Below are positions 47,813 through 57,282 of a stretch of DNA of 64,000 bases, piece after piece (positions within the stretch are counted from its first letter, which is position 1; every line of letters starts with the position of its first letter). The DNA is from a virus (Duplodnaviria > Caudoviricetes): IMG/VR virus record IMGVR_UViG_3300005544_000005, positions 5,204 through 69,203 of that record. The stretch is one strand, 5' to 3'. The notes beneath the pieces are model-generated. The model was not told the origin of the DNA. It saw nothing but the letters and a program-made list of their open reading frames with translations, and ran no database searches. A program made the translations under genes and the position numbers.

Positions 47813-48097
47813 TTATCGGCAGTTATCCGCCGTCGCCGATCCTAGTCCGCCCTCGATTACCGACCGTCGACAGTCGTGACAAGTTAGGTAATAGAGCCCG
47901 CCATCGGATAGCTTAGGCGACGTGGCGTCTACGTTGCCGCGTGGCGATCCGAAGTTGTGACGATTATAGGATGATGATTTACCATGAATAACTCCGGCTA
48001 TACCTTTGGCGTCATCTAGGACGGACTTCATACGACGCGATACGTCGGCGGATGCGAGCTTAGATAATACGGTATTGGCGGTTTCCTTTGCGTTCAT
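47813..48097 (-). CDS. Hypothetical protein
   Basis: AAGGGA SD. Confidence 0.55.
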   Translation of the reverse strand: MNAKETANTVLSKLASADVSRRMKSVLDDAKGIAGVIHGKSSSYNRHNFGSPRGNVDATSPKLSDGGLYYLTCHDCRRSVIEGGLGSATADNCR

Positions 48098-48424
48098 GGT
48101 TTGTCCCTTTCGTTATCCAGCGTCGAGTTAATGTCGCCTTTTTCTTATGTTGCGCCACACACCACTGTGGCATGCTGGCTGTGACACGTCTTGTCTGATC
48201 TTTTACATATGCCGCTGATCCGATCGCAATTGCTATACCACGTCGTTTTAGTTTATATTTTTGATACTTAGTCAGCACTCGCATGTATCCATTGTCGGCG
48301 GAGCATAGCACGGTGCCATCATATATGTGCTGGCGGCAAGTTGGATCTATTAATACAGATGCTAGCATTTTACTTGTTCTTACCGGGAATATAAACCGGC
48401 ATTTTTAAGTCAGTGTCCTCACGT

Positions 48425-48706
48425 TCACCTTGCCTTCTCCCCTAAGATGTATACGTGTGATCGTAATGAGCTGGCTTTAACCTTATGTATTGTGTGCTTG
48501 TCTATTAATACAACTATTGTACGATTCTTGGACATTATACGGATCTTATTGTCATGGCTGTACGATTCATTCGGTAGTATTTTTACTCTCAAGCACGTAT
48601 TAGATGGTATTTTTTCGTCACAACATGTGCACGTAATTACTCCTGTTGTAATATACACCACGTCTTTTTGTAGTAGCGTAGACGATTCCATCTTTGGCGA
48701 TTCCAT
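48425..48706 (-). CDS. Hypothetical protein
   Basis: Abuts AbrB-like gene. Confidence 0.45.
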   Translation of the reverse strand: MESPKMESSTLLQKDVVYITTGVITCTCCDEKIPSNTCLRVKILPNESYSHDNKIRIMSKNRTIVVLIDKHTIHKVKASSLRSHVYILGEKAR

Positions 48707-48709
48707 TTT

Positions 48710-48880
48710 CTATAACTCTCTATCTTCTGTGCTTGTCAGCGTCACGACTTTTCCGCCGTCCGTGCGTACAATTATTCTATCACCTATTTGAAGTCCAGCG
48801 ATGTCCAGTATCCGCCGCGGGATAGAGATAACGACGGAGCCACCGACGCGGCGGAGCTTGGATGTGGTGATTTCGGTCAT
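48710..48880 (-). CDS. AbrB/MazE/SpoVT-like DNA-binding protein
   Basis: SKLRRVGGSVVISIPRRILDIAGLQIGDRI. Confidence 0.8.
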   Translation of the reverse strand: MTEITTSKLRRVGGSVVISIPRRILDIAGLQIGDRIIVRTDGGKVVTLTSTEDREL

Positions 48881-48887
48881 GTGCCCG

Positions 48888-49094
48888 CTAACTGTCCCGA
48901 TCAAATTCGCCTGTAGCAAGAAAGCAGTGGAGAGCGTATCGTAGCTCCTCGATACAGTCGCGATCTACAACAGTAGAGTTGCTGCCGTATAATTTCGTTA
49001 TTTGTACGGCGTCGCCTGATAATCTGGTTATCAGTATATCGGTTTTACCGTTGTCTTTGATCGCTACGGTATCGGATGTTGTGTTTACGTACAC
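48888..49094 (-). CDS. Hypothetical protein
   Basis: AGGAGG SD. Confidence 0.55.
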   Translation of the reverse strand: MYVNTTSDTVAIKDNGKTDILITRLSGDAVQITKLYGSNSTVVDRDCIEELRYALHCFLATGEFDRDS

Positions 49095-49120
49095 CGGTAA
49101 TCCTCCTAATTTGTCGCCAG

Positions 49121-49321
49121 TTAGACGTTAGGGTCGTCTACTATAACTTGCGACAGTTTATTGCCTACTATTTTCTCCGCACGACCGAATAGGCATTCAA
49201 CGATGGTGGCGTTGCCATTATCATCTGGCATTGTGTAGACCACGGTTAAATTACCGGGATAGCTACAAACGAGGACAGGGGAGACGGAGACAGGCCGGCG
49301 TTTCCTTGTTATTTCGTCCAT
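49121..49321 (-). CDS. Hypothetical protein
   Basis: First gene of divergent unit. Confidence 0.5.
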   Translation of the reverse strand: MDEITRKRRPVSVSPVLVCSYPGNLTVVYTMPDDNGNATIVECLFGRAEKIVGNKLSQVIVDDPNV

Positions 49322-49336
49322 GGCTTGCAGCCTACC

Positions 49337-49406
49337 ACATATCCCGCGGATATGTCAACATATCCGTACATATCTCCCACATATCTCACATATATCTGGA
49401 CATACC
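49337..49406. repeat. Phased ACATATC repeats upstream of portal
   Basis: Copies at 49337, 49349 (inverted), 49358, 49368, 49379; variants at 49388, 49400. Confidence 0.8.
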
Positions 49407-49527
49407 TCTACCTGCCTGTGTCCCGGCTGATCCTTTCGACCCCTCCGCCCGTCCCCCGTGTTACCCTTGAGACAAAATACCCCGACCGCCCCAAAATGTC
49501 CCATATCGCTGCCAACCCTGAGACCAA

Positions 49528-51723
49528 ATGACCCAACCGGCCGGGCCTATACTAGATGATGTCAGCGGCCGTCAAGCTGGCGGCAGTGGGGCTGTCTCGG
49601 GCAACGGTGGCGGCGATCCGGCCGGCCCGGCAGCCGGCCTCCACACCCCTCTCGGCCCCTCTGGTCTGCCCGGCCCCGACTCTGCCCTAGTCCGTCTCCT
49701 CTCCTCGGCCCTGGTCGAGCGCCAGCGCTTCCGGGCGTACGGCCCCGGCCCCAACCTCTACGGTGGACGGCGCGACCTCTATGGCGCGGTGGGTTATCCT
49801 AGACAGTTAACGAGTGACGATTACCGCGACTTTTACGAACGTGGCGACGTGGCCGCAAGATTAGTCGAATTCTATCCACAATCGACTTGGTTGCCAGCTG
49901 TCGCGGTGAACGAGATAGATGACCCCGACACACAGACGGAATTTGAGCGTATATGGATAGATTTTGATCGCCGACTAAATGTGATAGCTGACATTTTCAT
50001 GCGCGCCGATATCCTAGCGTGCACGTATCGCTATTCCGTCATCGTGATAGGCGCGCCTGGTGACCTATCGACTGAGCTACCTCGCGGCAATGGCCGCCCG
50101 GATGCTATCAAATATCTAACGGTGCTTGGTGAGGACAGGGCGGCTGTCACTAGGTTAGTCGGCCAGGATGACACCGATGAGAACGGACTATACCCCGGCG
50201 CGACTGGCTATATAGACCCGGTGTCTAGTTCGCGCTTTGGCCTACCGTTAACCTATTGCTGTAAATTCGGCGTTGCCATTAACTATTTCACTAGCGATGG
50301 ATCAGTTAGCTCGTCAACCGGATCGCTAATTGAGCGCGATGTACACTGGTCGCGCGTCTGGCACATGGCTAACGGCACGCTAGACAATCGCGTCTATGGC
50401 CAGTCTATGTATCGGCGCGTGGCTAATGCGTTAATAGATTACCAGAAACTACGTGCGGCCTACGCGGAGTCGGCATGGAGGACGGCGAGCCCCAAGATTC
50501 ATGCCAATATGGACCCGACGATGATGATGTTGCCGGGCGAGGAAGAGCAGTTAAGGGAAGCTATCGATAGGCTACGCCACGATATGGAAGATGTGGTACG
50601 TACCCGTGGTGTGGATATTAAGATGTTGTCATCGCCGGTGGGGTCTATGGAGGCTAACGTCCATACCCTGTTACGTGTTATATCGGCGGCGTGGGGTATT
50701 CCGGCGCGCGTGATGACTGGATCGGAAGAGGCTAAAGCTGCCGGGACGCAAGATGACAGACACACTAATGACAGGCAGACGGAGCGGTGGGGATATTATG
50801 CTACGCCTCAGTTAGGCGGGTTTATCGGGCGATTGGCTGATTACAATTACATGCCGCGGCCGAAGGACTTGACGATTGTCTGGCCGGAGATTGAAGAGCA
50901 CACGGAATCTGAGAAAGCGGCTATCGCTAGTCAGTTGGCGTTGGCGAACAAGAATCAAACAGACGCTCGCGACACGCCTATACGTACATCGGCGGAATTG
51001 AGAGATGAATTGTGGGGATTGAGAGATCCTATTATCATGCCCGACGTCGCGCCGAATGACAATCAAAATCTAAACGATAATCCTATGACTGACAATCCTA
51101 CTGTCGATTCCGTCCGCGCGGCTAGTCAGTCGCCTGATAGCCGCATCATCATCATTGGCGGTCCGCGACGCGGGAAGTCCACTATCGCCCGCAACCTCCG
51201 TACGTCAGCATCGGCTATTCCAACCTATTGTGGCGACCCGGTCAATTTAGTCAAAGAGCCTGAGGACGGTGTCACGTATCTCCCCGCGAATCTATCGTGG
51301 TCGGAATCGTCGGCGTATATAGCTGAGAATTGGCTGACTCAGCCCGGCCCATGGTGCTGTGAAGGTGTGGCGATGGCTAGAGCGGTACGAAAGATGGTAA
51401 TAGCCGGGAAGACTGCCATACTAGACGGCGTGGATATTGTCGTATTGATAGAGCCTTACGAAGGAGCCTCAGAGACAGCCGGCCAGGCGATTATGGCTAA
51501 AGGCGTGATGACAGTGTGGGCGGAGGTGGCTGATTTATTTCCACAAGCTAGGACTATATCGACGGGCAGAAATAGCGCCAATAAACAGTCGCAAGCGCAA
51601 TCCGCCACGGTCGCCAACCGTAAGCTTGACACGTGGGAAGTGACGATGCCGGCCGGGCGCCGTGCGATAGCGTCAAAGAAGAATCACAAATCTAGTCCGC
51701 GGTTTAGTTTTAAGGTATGGTGA
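49528..51723 (+). CDS. Portal protein (DUF1073-like) with C-terminal P-loop kinase-like domain
   Basis: VHWSRVWH, ISAAWGIPARVMTGSE; first gene of head operon; IIIIGGPRRGKST near aa 545. Confidence 0.8.
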   Translation: MTQPAGPILDDVSGRQAGGSGAVSGNGGGDPAGPAAGLHTPLGPSGLPGPDSALVRLLSSALVERQRFRAYGPGPNLYGGRRDLYGAVGYPRQLTSDDYRDFYERGDVAARLVEFYPQSTWLPAVAVNEIDDPDTQTEFERIWIDFDRRLNVIADIFMRADILACTYRYSVIVIGAPGDLSTELPRGNGRPDAIKYLTVLGEDRAAVTRLVGQDDTDENGLYPGATGYIDPVSSSRFGLPLTYCCKFGVAINYFTSDGSVSSSTGSLIERDVHWSRVWHMANGTLDNRVYGQSMYRRVANALIDYQKLRAAYAESAWRTASPKIHANMDPTMMMLPGEEEQLREAIDRLRHDMEDVVRTRGVDIKMLSSPVGSMEANVHTLLRVISAAWGIPARVMTGSEEAKAAGTQDDRHTNDRQTERWGYYATPQLGGFIGRLADYNYMPRPKDLTIVWPEIEEHTESEKAAIASQLALANKNQTDARDTPIRTSAELRDELWGLRDPIIMPDVAPNDNQNLNDNPMTDNPTVDSVRAASQSPDSRIIIIGGPRRGKSTIARNLRTSASAIPTYCGDPVNLVKEPEDGVTYLPANLSWSESSAYIAENWLTQPGPWCCEGVAMARAVRKMVIAGKTAILDGVDIVVLIEPYEGASETAGQAIMAKGVMTVWAEVADLFPQARTISTGRNSANKQSQAQSATVANRKLDTWEVTMPAGRRAIASKKNHKSSPRFSFKVW

Positions 51724-51750
51724 GAATAATGCGAGCGGCCCATCAACAGA

Positions 51751-53259
51751 ATGCTATCGGCACTCCTCCGGGTCGCCCGCGCTCCGTCGACGGTATCGGC
51801 CGGGGAGAACCGGCAGCGTCGACGTCTCCGAGCGAGGATAAGTAGAGCACAGATAGAGGCCATGTACAATAGAGCAAATAAGGCGGTAGTCGCGAGAGGG
51901 TCTGTGGGCTTATCACGTCCCATTCCCTCGTCTATTCGCTCGGCGACCCGGTCCTTGTCGTTCCGTCTATCCTCAGCCAAATGCCGCGAGGAAACTTATC
52001 TCGGCGAATCACATCTAGTCGTACCGGTAATCCCGTTAGTTGGCAATATAGTATTTTGGCCGACTGGTGCCGAGGGTTATGAATGGGTGCCTGATTACGT
52101 TATCGCCGCCGCTCCGGTTGGGTGGAATAATAGGCCGGTTGTGCCTATTCATCCGGACATATCGCTGCCAACCGCTAATACACCGGAATTCTTGACAGCC
52201 TATTGTTTTGGGCAATTGTTTAATACTTATTACGGTGCCGATGATAAGCTCCACACCGAGGCGTGGCTGAATCGTACCCGTGCGGCGCAAGTGGGGACGA
52301 TGGCAACCGGCGTACTAGCGAAGTGTGAATCCGGTGAAATGGTAGAGGTTAGCGTAGGGGCGCAGATTCAGTTTGAAAAGCGCGCAGGATCGTTCAATGG
52401 TCAATCTTACGTCGGCATATGGCGTGGACTGGTACCAGATCATTTGGCGGTCGGATTGAATGGTTCTGAAGGTGCGTGTTCGATTGAAGCCGGATGTGGC
52501 GGGCCGAGGACGGCAGTGACGAAGATTAAACCTGTTAAGCCTACCGATAAGTCCGATAGGCCGAGATCTAGATCTAAATCTAAATACGTATTCCTAGAAT
52601 CCAATCGTTCACGATTAATAGGAGCTACCACCATGCCAATGCCTTCACTGCGCGAATCCGTTACCGGCCTATTAACCGCTCTTCGCTTATCCGGCACTCC
52701 CGCTGAAGACGCGGAGGAAGCAGCCGAACTAATCGCCTATGGGTCGATGAGAGACTTGGTCGATAATGCAATCGCCAAGCTTCAAGCGGCCAGAGTAGAT
52801 ATTGTATCGCTAATCTCTGCTGAGACAGAATCGCCAACCGAGAGTGTAGAAGCGGAGTCGGCGGAAGAGACTATAGAGCTGGCGCAGTATTCGCGGATTA
52901 GAACGTTACTCTACTCTGCCGGTGATGAAATCTATGCTGCGTCCAGTGTCGTTTACGATCTGTATCGTGAGCACGTGGCCGATAAGTTGGAAGAGGAAGC
53001 TGCTGCCGATGGCGCGACACCGGTTGTGATTGTGGGCGATACGAGATATTACGCCGATGGTAGTGGCGGCGACGGCGCGAGATCAGCAGCCGGCGCGCGG
53101 CACAGCAAAGAAGACATGAAGATGATTCAGTCGACGCACGACACGACTGTCAAGCTCGGCGCTGTGTGTGTGAGCGAGGAGACTAAGGCGGCGGCGGCCA
53201 CGGCCACAGCCACGACCGTTAAACCGTGCGGATGCCACAATCCGGCGTCGTTGTTTTAA
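51751..53259 (+). CDS. DUF2213-like prohead protease with scaffold-like C-terminus
   Basis: WNNRPVVPIHP, EVSVG, PDHLAV, GACSIEAGCG. Confidence 0.75.
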   Translation: MLSALLRVARAPSTVSAGENRQRRRLRARISRAQIEAMYNRANKAVVARGSVGLSRPIPSSIRSATRSLSFRLSSAKCREETYLGESHLVVPVIPLVGNIVFWPTGAEGYEWVPDYVIAAAPVGWNNRPVVPIHPDISLPTANTPEFLTAYCFGQLFNTYYGADDKLHTEAWLNRTRAAQVGTMATGVLAKCESGEMVEVSVGAQIQFEKRAGSFNGQSYVGIWRGLVPDHLAVGLNGSEGACSIEAGCGGPRTAVTKIKPVKPTDKSDRPRSRSKSKYVFLESNRSRLIGATTMPMPSLRESVTGLLTALRLSGTPAEDAEEAAELIAYGSMRDLVDNAIAKLQAARVDIVSLISAETESPTESVEAESAEETIELAQYSRIRTLLYSAGDEIYAASSVVYDLYREHVADKLEEEAAADGATPVVIVGDTRYYADGSGGDGARSAAGARHSKEDMKMIQSTHDTTVKLGAVCVSEETKAAAATATATTVKPCGCHNPASLF

Positions 53260-53423
53260 GCAAAAGGCTAGGTGGCCGACTATGAGACGTTTAGATGAGT
53301 CGTTAGACGTGCGGCGCTTATTAGACTTGCCTAAACCAGAGATCGATCTTAGGAAAATAGCAATTTCCGCTGGCGGTAACGTTCAACCGTCAAACGTATT
53401 AACTCGACAGGAGGATTCCACTC

Positions 53424-54071
53424 ATGGCAACCGTAGATGAACTCGTAACCCGGGCCGCTAAGACCGGCCTATACACCGAACCGGAGCTGACGGCATTTCG
53501 CGCAGCGCTCGGCCCAAACGCCAAGCCCGAGGAGAAGGAAGCGGCGTTGGATGGATTGGTCGGGAAGTTGGAGGCGGCAGCGGATAAGGTGCGAACGGCG
53601 ACGGCAACCAATCCGGCGACTGTTAATCCCGCCGCGACCGCCAACCGGCCGGCAAATGCCACGGCGGCAGCAGCCAACCCTACACCCCCTGCGCCTGTCA
53701 CTGCCCCGACCGTTATGACAGTAGATGAGTATCTCGCTACTGCTCCTCCGCTCGTCCAAGGTGTGGTCCGTAAGGCTATGGCAGCAGAATTAGCTGCACA
53801 CGCGGCTATGCTCGCGACCGTTCGCACTGCCGCTGTGGCTGTGGGGTACACAGAAGCAGAGTTGACGGCGATGTCAACTGAGGATTTGCAACGTCTCGCC
53901 AACCTTTCAAATATCGCTACGCCGAAGATGGATTATTCGGGCCTGGGGATTGTCGCTCACGGCCAGGTTCCGGTTGAGGGTAGAGCGGCTGTCGTACGGC
54001 CGGCGGATGCTTGGGAGGATGAACTCGGCGACAAGAGGAATAAGGGGAAGTCAGCGGCAGCAACGAATTAG
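53424..54071 (+). CDS. Scaffold-like head protein
   Basis: AGGAGG SD; Ala-rich; position before decoration and capsid genes. Confidence 0.6.
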   Translation: MATVDELVTRAAKTGLYTEPELTAFRAALGPNAKPEEKEAALDGLVGKLEAAADKVRTATATNPATVNPAATANRPANATAAAANPTPPAPVTAPTVMTVDEYLATAPPLVQGVVRKAMAAELAAHAAMLATVRTAAVAVGYTEAELTAMSTEDLQRLANLSNIATPKMDYSGLGIVAHGQVPVEGRAAVVRPADAWEDELGDKRNKGKSAAATN

Positions 54072-54156
54072 GACGAACGCGGGGAACATTGAGTATGTAA
54101 CCAGTCTGACCTTTTAACGTTTACATAGACCGATATCACACGGAGGCCACTTTCAC

Positions 54157-54618
54157 ATGCCTAACAATCCGAACAAGATCCTCCTGTCCACACGGCACGA
54201 GGAACTTATCGTCAATCGCTACCCGGCCGGCGAGGATGGACTCATAAAGCCTGGCCACCTGATCGAGCAGTTCAACCATAACACGCTAGGTATGGCGTGG
54301 CAGCGAAATTCATCGGCTACCAATATGCCACAAATGATGGTGGCGTTGCCGATGGATATCGTAGGCCAGGGGATCGACACGCCGTATGTGCTTGGGGATA
54401 ACTTGGTAGCGCACCCGCTTCACTCGGGAATGGTGTTCTACGGGATCTTGCCATCCGGGCAGAATATCACCCGCGGCGATAAGCTACAGTCGAATGGCGA
54501 CGGCAACCTTAAGGCGGCGTCACCTGTCACGGCGGCAGGCGGGGTCGCCAAGTTCATCGCACAGGAGACCATCGGGCCGATTAACGTGCCGACTAGAGTT
54601 CGGGCGATGGTGCTGTAG
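54157..54618 (+). CDS. Head decoration/cement protein
   Basis: IKPGHLIE, GDKLQSNGDGNL; directly before MCP. Confidence 0.7.
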   Translation: MPNNPNKILLSTRHEELIVNRYPAGEDGLIKPGHLIEQFNHNTLGMAWQRNSSATNMPQMMVALPMDIVGQGIDTPYVLGDNLVAHPLHSGMVFYGILPSGQNITRGDKLQSNGDGNLKAASPVTAAGGVAKFIAQETIGPINVPTRVRAMVL

Positions 54619-54718
54619 GCCACCGAGCGACGAAATATTATACTATACTATATCAAACTACACTACAGATAGAAAGGGTTTTACCGTCATAGCTATCTGC
54701 TCTTAGGAGATTTCACAT

Positions 54719-55843
54719 ATGCCACTCGCCGCCGGAGTCACGGGTCCTAACCCGTCATTTACTGCAAACCCGAACGGTACAATCTTAGAGGGTGTGCCGT
54801 CTGAATACTGGCATAACCCTATCGGGTATATTCGTTCATGCACGCCGCCTATGCCACAGTCGCGCAACCCAGAGTACGAAATCCGCAACGGCGCACCTAT
54901 CCCTCTTCACGCAGAGGAACTGATCGATCGCGCTATCAAGTCAGTGGGGCTGAAGCGCTTGAAGATCCTAGCCGATCTATTGAATGCCGGGCTGAAATTC
55001 GTAGTCCCAGATTGGCTCGGCGTCATGGCCGTGCGGTGGCAGCGTGAAGGTGTCGTTGGTAATCCGCAGTTCTCCATGCTGCCTAACACACAAATGGAGG
55101 ATTTCGGCCTGGACCTCGACTTGGTGTCGCTGCCGATGTATTGCCTGTCGAACGGATTCAATATCCACCCGCGGCTGTTTGAAGAGTGGCAGCGGTATGG
55201 TACGCCGTTGGATCTTCGCAGCGCCAAGCAAGCGGTACGCCGGCAGAATGAATTCCTGGAGCTTTCTATTATCTGGGGCGCGCCGATTCAGTCGATGGGC
55301 CTGCCGGTGCCGGGCATCCTCACTGCGCCGCATGCCAACTTCGTACCGCTCACTGGTGCGCTTTCGTGGTACGACGCCAACAAGACCGGCCAACAGATCA
55401 TTGGCGATATCAGCACCATGATCGACGCGGAGAACGCCAATAACCACTACGGACCGTTTTGGCTGTATGTTGGTACTAAGGCAGGTAATCACCTCCAGAG
55501 TCTGGACTACAAGACTGCGGCATCCGCGTCGTCAATGTCTACGTGGGAGCGGATCGCGGAGATGCCGTCGATCGGTCGAATCGAGATCGCCGACTATCTC
55601 CCGGCCGACAATCCGGTCATGATCGACCCGGACGATAGCGTTATCGATGTGCTCTACGGGCAGGCGCCTACACAGTTGAGCTGGATGACCGGGCCGAATG
55701 GGTTACAGACACGGCACTTCATGGTGTTAAGCTCGATCGTGCCGCGGATCATCGAGAGCCAGACGAACCAGTCGGGGATTGTTGTTGGAAAGTTGAACCA
55801 GGGCGATGTGCTTACCTCGCCGTGGCAGTCGTTACTGGTGTAA
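54719..55843 (+). CDS. Major capsid protein (encapsulin/linocin-like HK97 fold)
   Basis: AGGAG SD; PGILTAPH, HYGPFWLYV, SIVPRI; head operon. Confidence 0.8.
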   Translation: MPLAAGVTGPNPSFTANPNGTILEGVPSEYWHNPIGYIRSCTPPMPQSRNPEYEIRNGAPIPLHAEELIDRAIKSVGLKRLKILADLLNAGLKFVVPDWLGVMAVRWQREGVVGNPQFSMLPNTQMEDFGLDLDLVSLPMYCLSNGFNIHPRLFEEWQRYGTPLDLRSAKQAVRRQNEFLELSIIWGAPIQSMGLPVPGILTAPHANFVPLTGALSWYDANKTGQQIIGDISTMIDAENANNHYGPFWLYVGTKAGNHLQSLDYKTAASASSMSTWERIAEMPSIGRIEIADYLPADNPVMIDPDDSVIDVLYGQAPTQLSWMTGPNGLQTRHFMVLSSIVPRIIESQTNQSGIVVGKLNQGDVLTSPWQSLLV

Positions 55844-55897
55844 ACGGAGAGTAAAGTACCGTACATATATAAATAGACTATACGGAGGAAACCATAC

Positions 55898-56188
55898 ATG
55901 CAAGTCCGTGTGATGCATGGGCCAAAGGCGACAGACTATACGACATATCACAACTGCCGCGGTGTAGTCGTGAGCCGACAAGGGGATGAGATCATCGCTA
56001 GATGGAAGTCTGGCGATGACGAAGATAGAGACGTTCCGTATATGGAGAAACGTGTGCCACACGATGGCCACGAGATATTTGTAATGGGGGATAACGGAAA
56101 AACCATTACGGGGTACCGGATCAAGGGGCAGAATGGTGGGTATAACGGCGGTACCGTCAACGGAGATGGCGGCAATGGAAACGCTTAG
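55898..56188 (+). CDS. Hypothetical protein
   Basis: GGAGG SD. Confidence 0.6.
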   Translation: MQVRVMHGPKATDYTTYHNCRGVVVSRQGDEIIARWKSGDDEDRDVPYMEKRVPHDGHEIFVMGDNGKTITGYRIKGQNGGYNGGTVNGDGGNGNA

Positions 56189-56663
56189 TCAGCCGGAAGT
56201 TGTTAAGCCGAAATATCTATACCTTATAACCGCTGGCGTTGTCGTCATTCCGGGCTATGTCGGGCCGGCGCCTGATTATATCTGGAATAAGGGTGAAGTG
56301 CTGGGGGTCGGTAGTACAGTGGAGTTGACAGAGGAAGACGCGCGTGGGATCGGCGTGCACAGGGTTAGGAGGGTGGATACGACCACACATACGCCCGTGT
56401 CCGTGCCTGTGTCGCCTACAACTATGCCTACACCAGTGCCCGCACCGATCCCCACCGTAGCCACTACGGCGGTGGCTGTGGATACGGATTGGACGTTCGT
56501 CTCCACGATGACAGTGCCGGACGTCGTGGCATTGATCGACAGCATAAACGACGTCGATTCTCTCTCTTCCATCTATGAAGCGGAGAAAGCCAGCCTAGAT
56601 CGTAAGGGGGTGCTTAACCGTGCGCTATCTCGTATTGCTACGTTGAGAGGGGGTGAGAAGTAA
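56175..56663 (+). CDS. Head-region protein with Thr/Pro-rich linker
   Basis: C-terminal VPDVVALI...EAEKASLDRKGVL motif common after capsid genes. Confidence 0.6.
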   Translation: METLSQPEVVKPKYLYLITAGVVVIPGYVGPAPDYIWNKGEVLGVGSTVELTEEDARGIGVHRVRRVDTTTHTPVSVPVSPTTMPTPVPAPIPTVATTAVAVDTDWTFVSTMTVPDVVALIDSINDVDSLSSIYEAEKASLDRKGVLNRALSRIATLRGGEK

Positions 56664-56669
56664 TCGTCT

Positions 56670-57263
56670 ATGCCTATTACCATCGATGCGACTGTTAACG
56701 GCGCCAACGCCAATTCATACGTGACAGTGGACGAATTCACGTCCTACTGTGCCACACGTGTACCTGTCGTGATATGGCTGGCAACTGCCACAGCCGACTT
56801 CATAGCGGTGTGCATTATCACAGGGACTAGGCTATTCGACGCTTCGTTTGATTGGACAGGCGTCGCCGCCACGGCGACTCAGCGGCTAGCGTGGGGCCGC
56901 AATGGAATGTCCACGCGGAATGGGTACGGAATAGACGGCGCTACTATTCCCGGCGATCTCAAAGCTAGTGTATGTGAGTTTATTATCGCTGTGGGGGATT
57001 CGGCTGTACAAGGCGCTAACCGTGCCGGCGATGATCAGGCGGCTAGAGCGAACGTCGCGGGGGTGAAAGCAGGCCCGGTGGAAGTGAGATTCCAGTCCGT
57101 TAATACGTTTACGAGAGAATCTGCGGATGTGACGATTAGGCGAACGTGGCCGGAGTTGAACTATGCTAGTTTAACGGTGCCGGATATCGTAAGGTATTTG
57201 CTTCCGGAGTCGTGGTATAGACGGGCGAGTGTGATGCAGACGATACAATTTAGAGTGTCATGA
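56670..57263 (+). CDS. Head-tail adaptor (often annotated DnaT-like)
   Basis: ATVNGANANSYVTVDEF, QRLAWGR, IPGDLKASVCE, KAGPVEV. Confidence 0.8.
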   Translation: MPITIDATVNGANANSYVTVDEFTSYCATRVPVVIWLATATADFIAVCIITGTRLFDASFDWTGVAATATQRLAWGRNGMSTRNGYGIDGATIPGDLKASVCEFIIAVGDSAVQGANRAGDDQAARANVAGVKAGPVEVRFQSVNTFTRESADVTIRRTWPELNYASLTVPDIVRYLLPESWYRRASVMQTIQFRVS

Positions 57264-57282
57264 CCGTGGGGAGGCGTCAACG

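Noticed and set aside
53282-53440. 52-aa ORF between protease and scaffold genes
   Set aside because: No clear SD or motif; overlaps the next gene's RBS
54719-55843. Encapsulin nanocompartment gene
   Set aside because: Context of portal, protease, decoration and adaptor genes indicates a phage major capsid protein
56670-57263. DnaT replication-restart protein
   Set aside because: This family is a head-tail adaptor in this position; the DnaT label is a common annotation artefact
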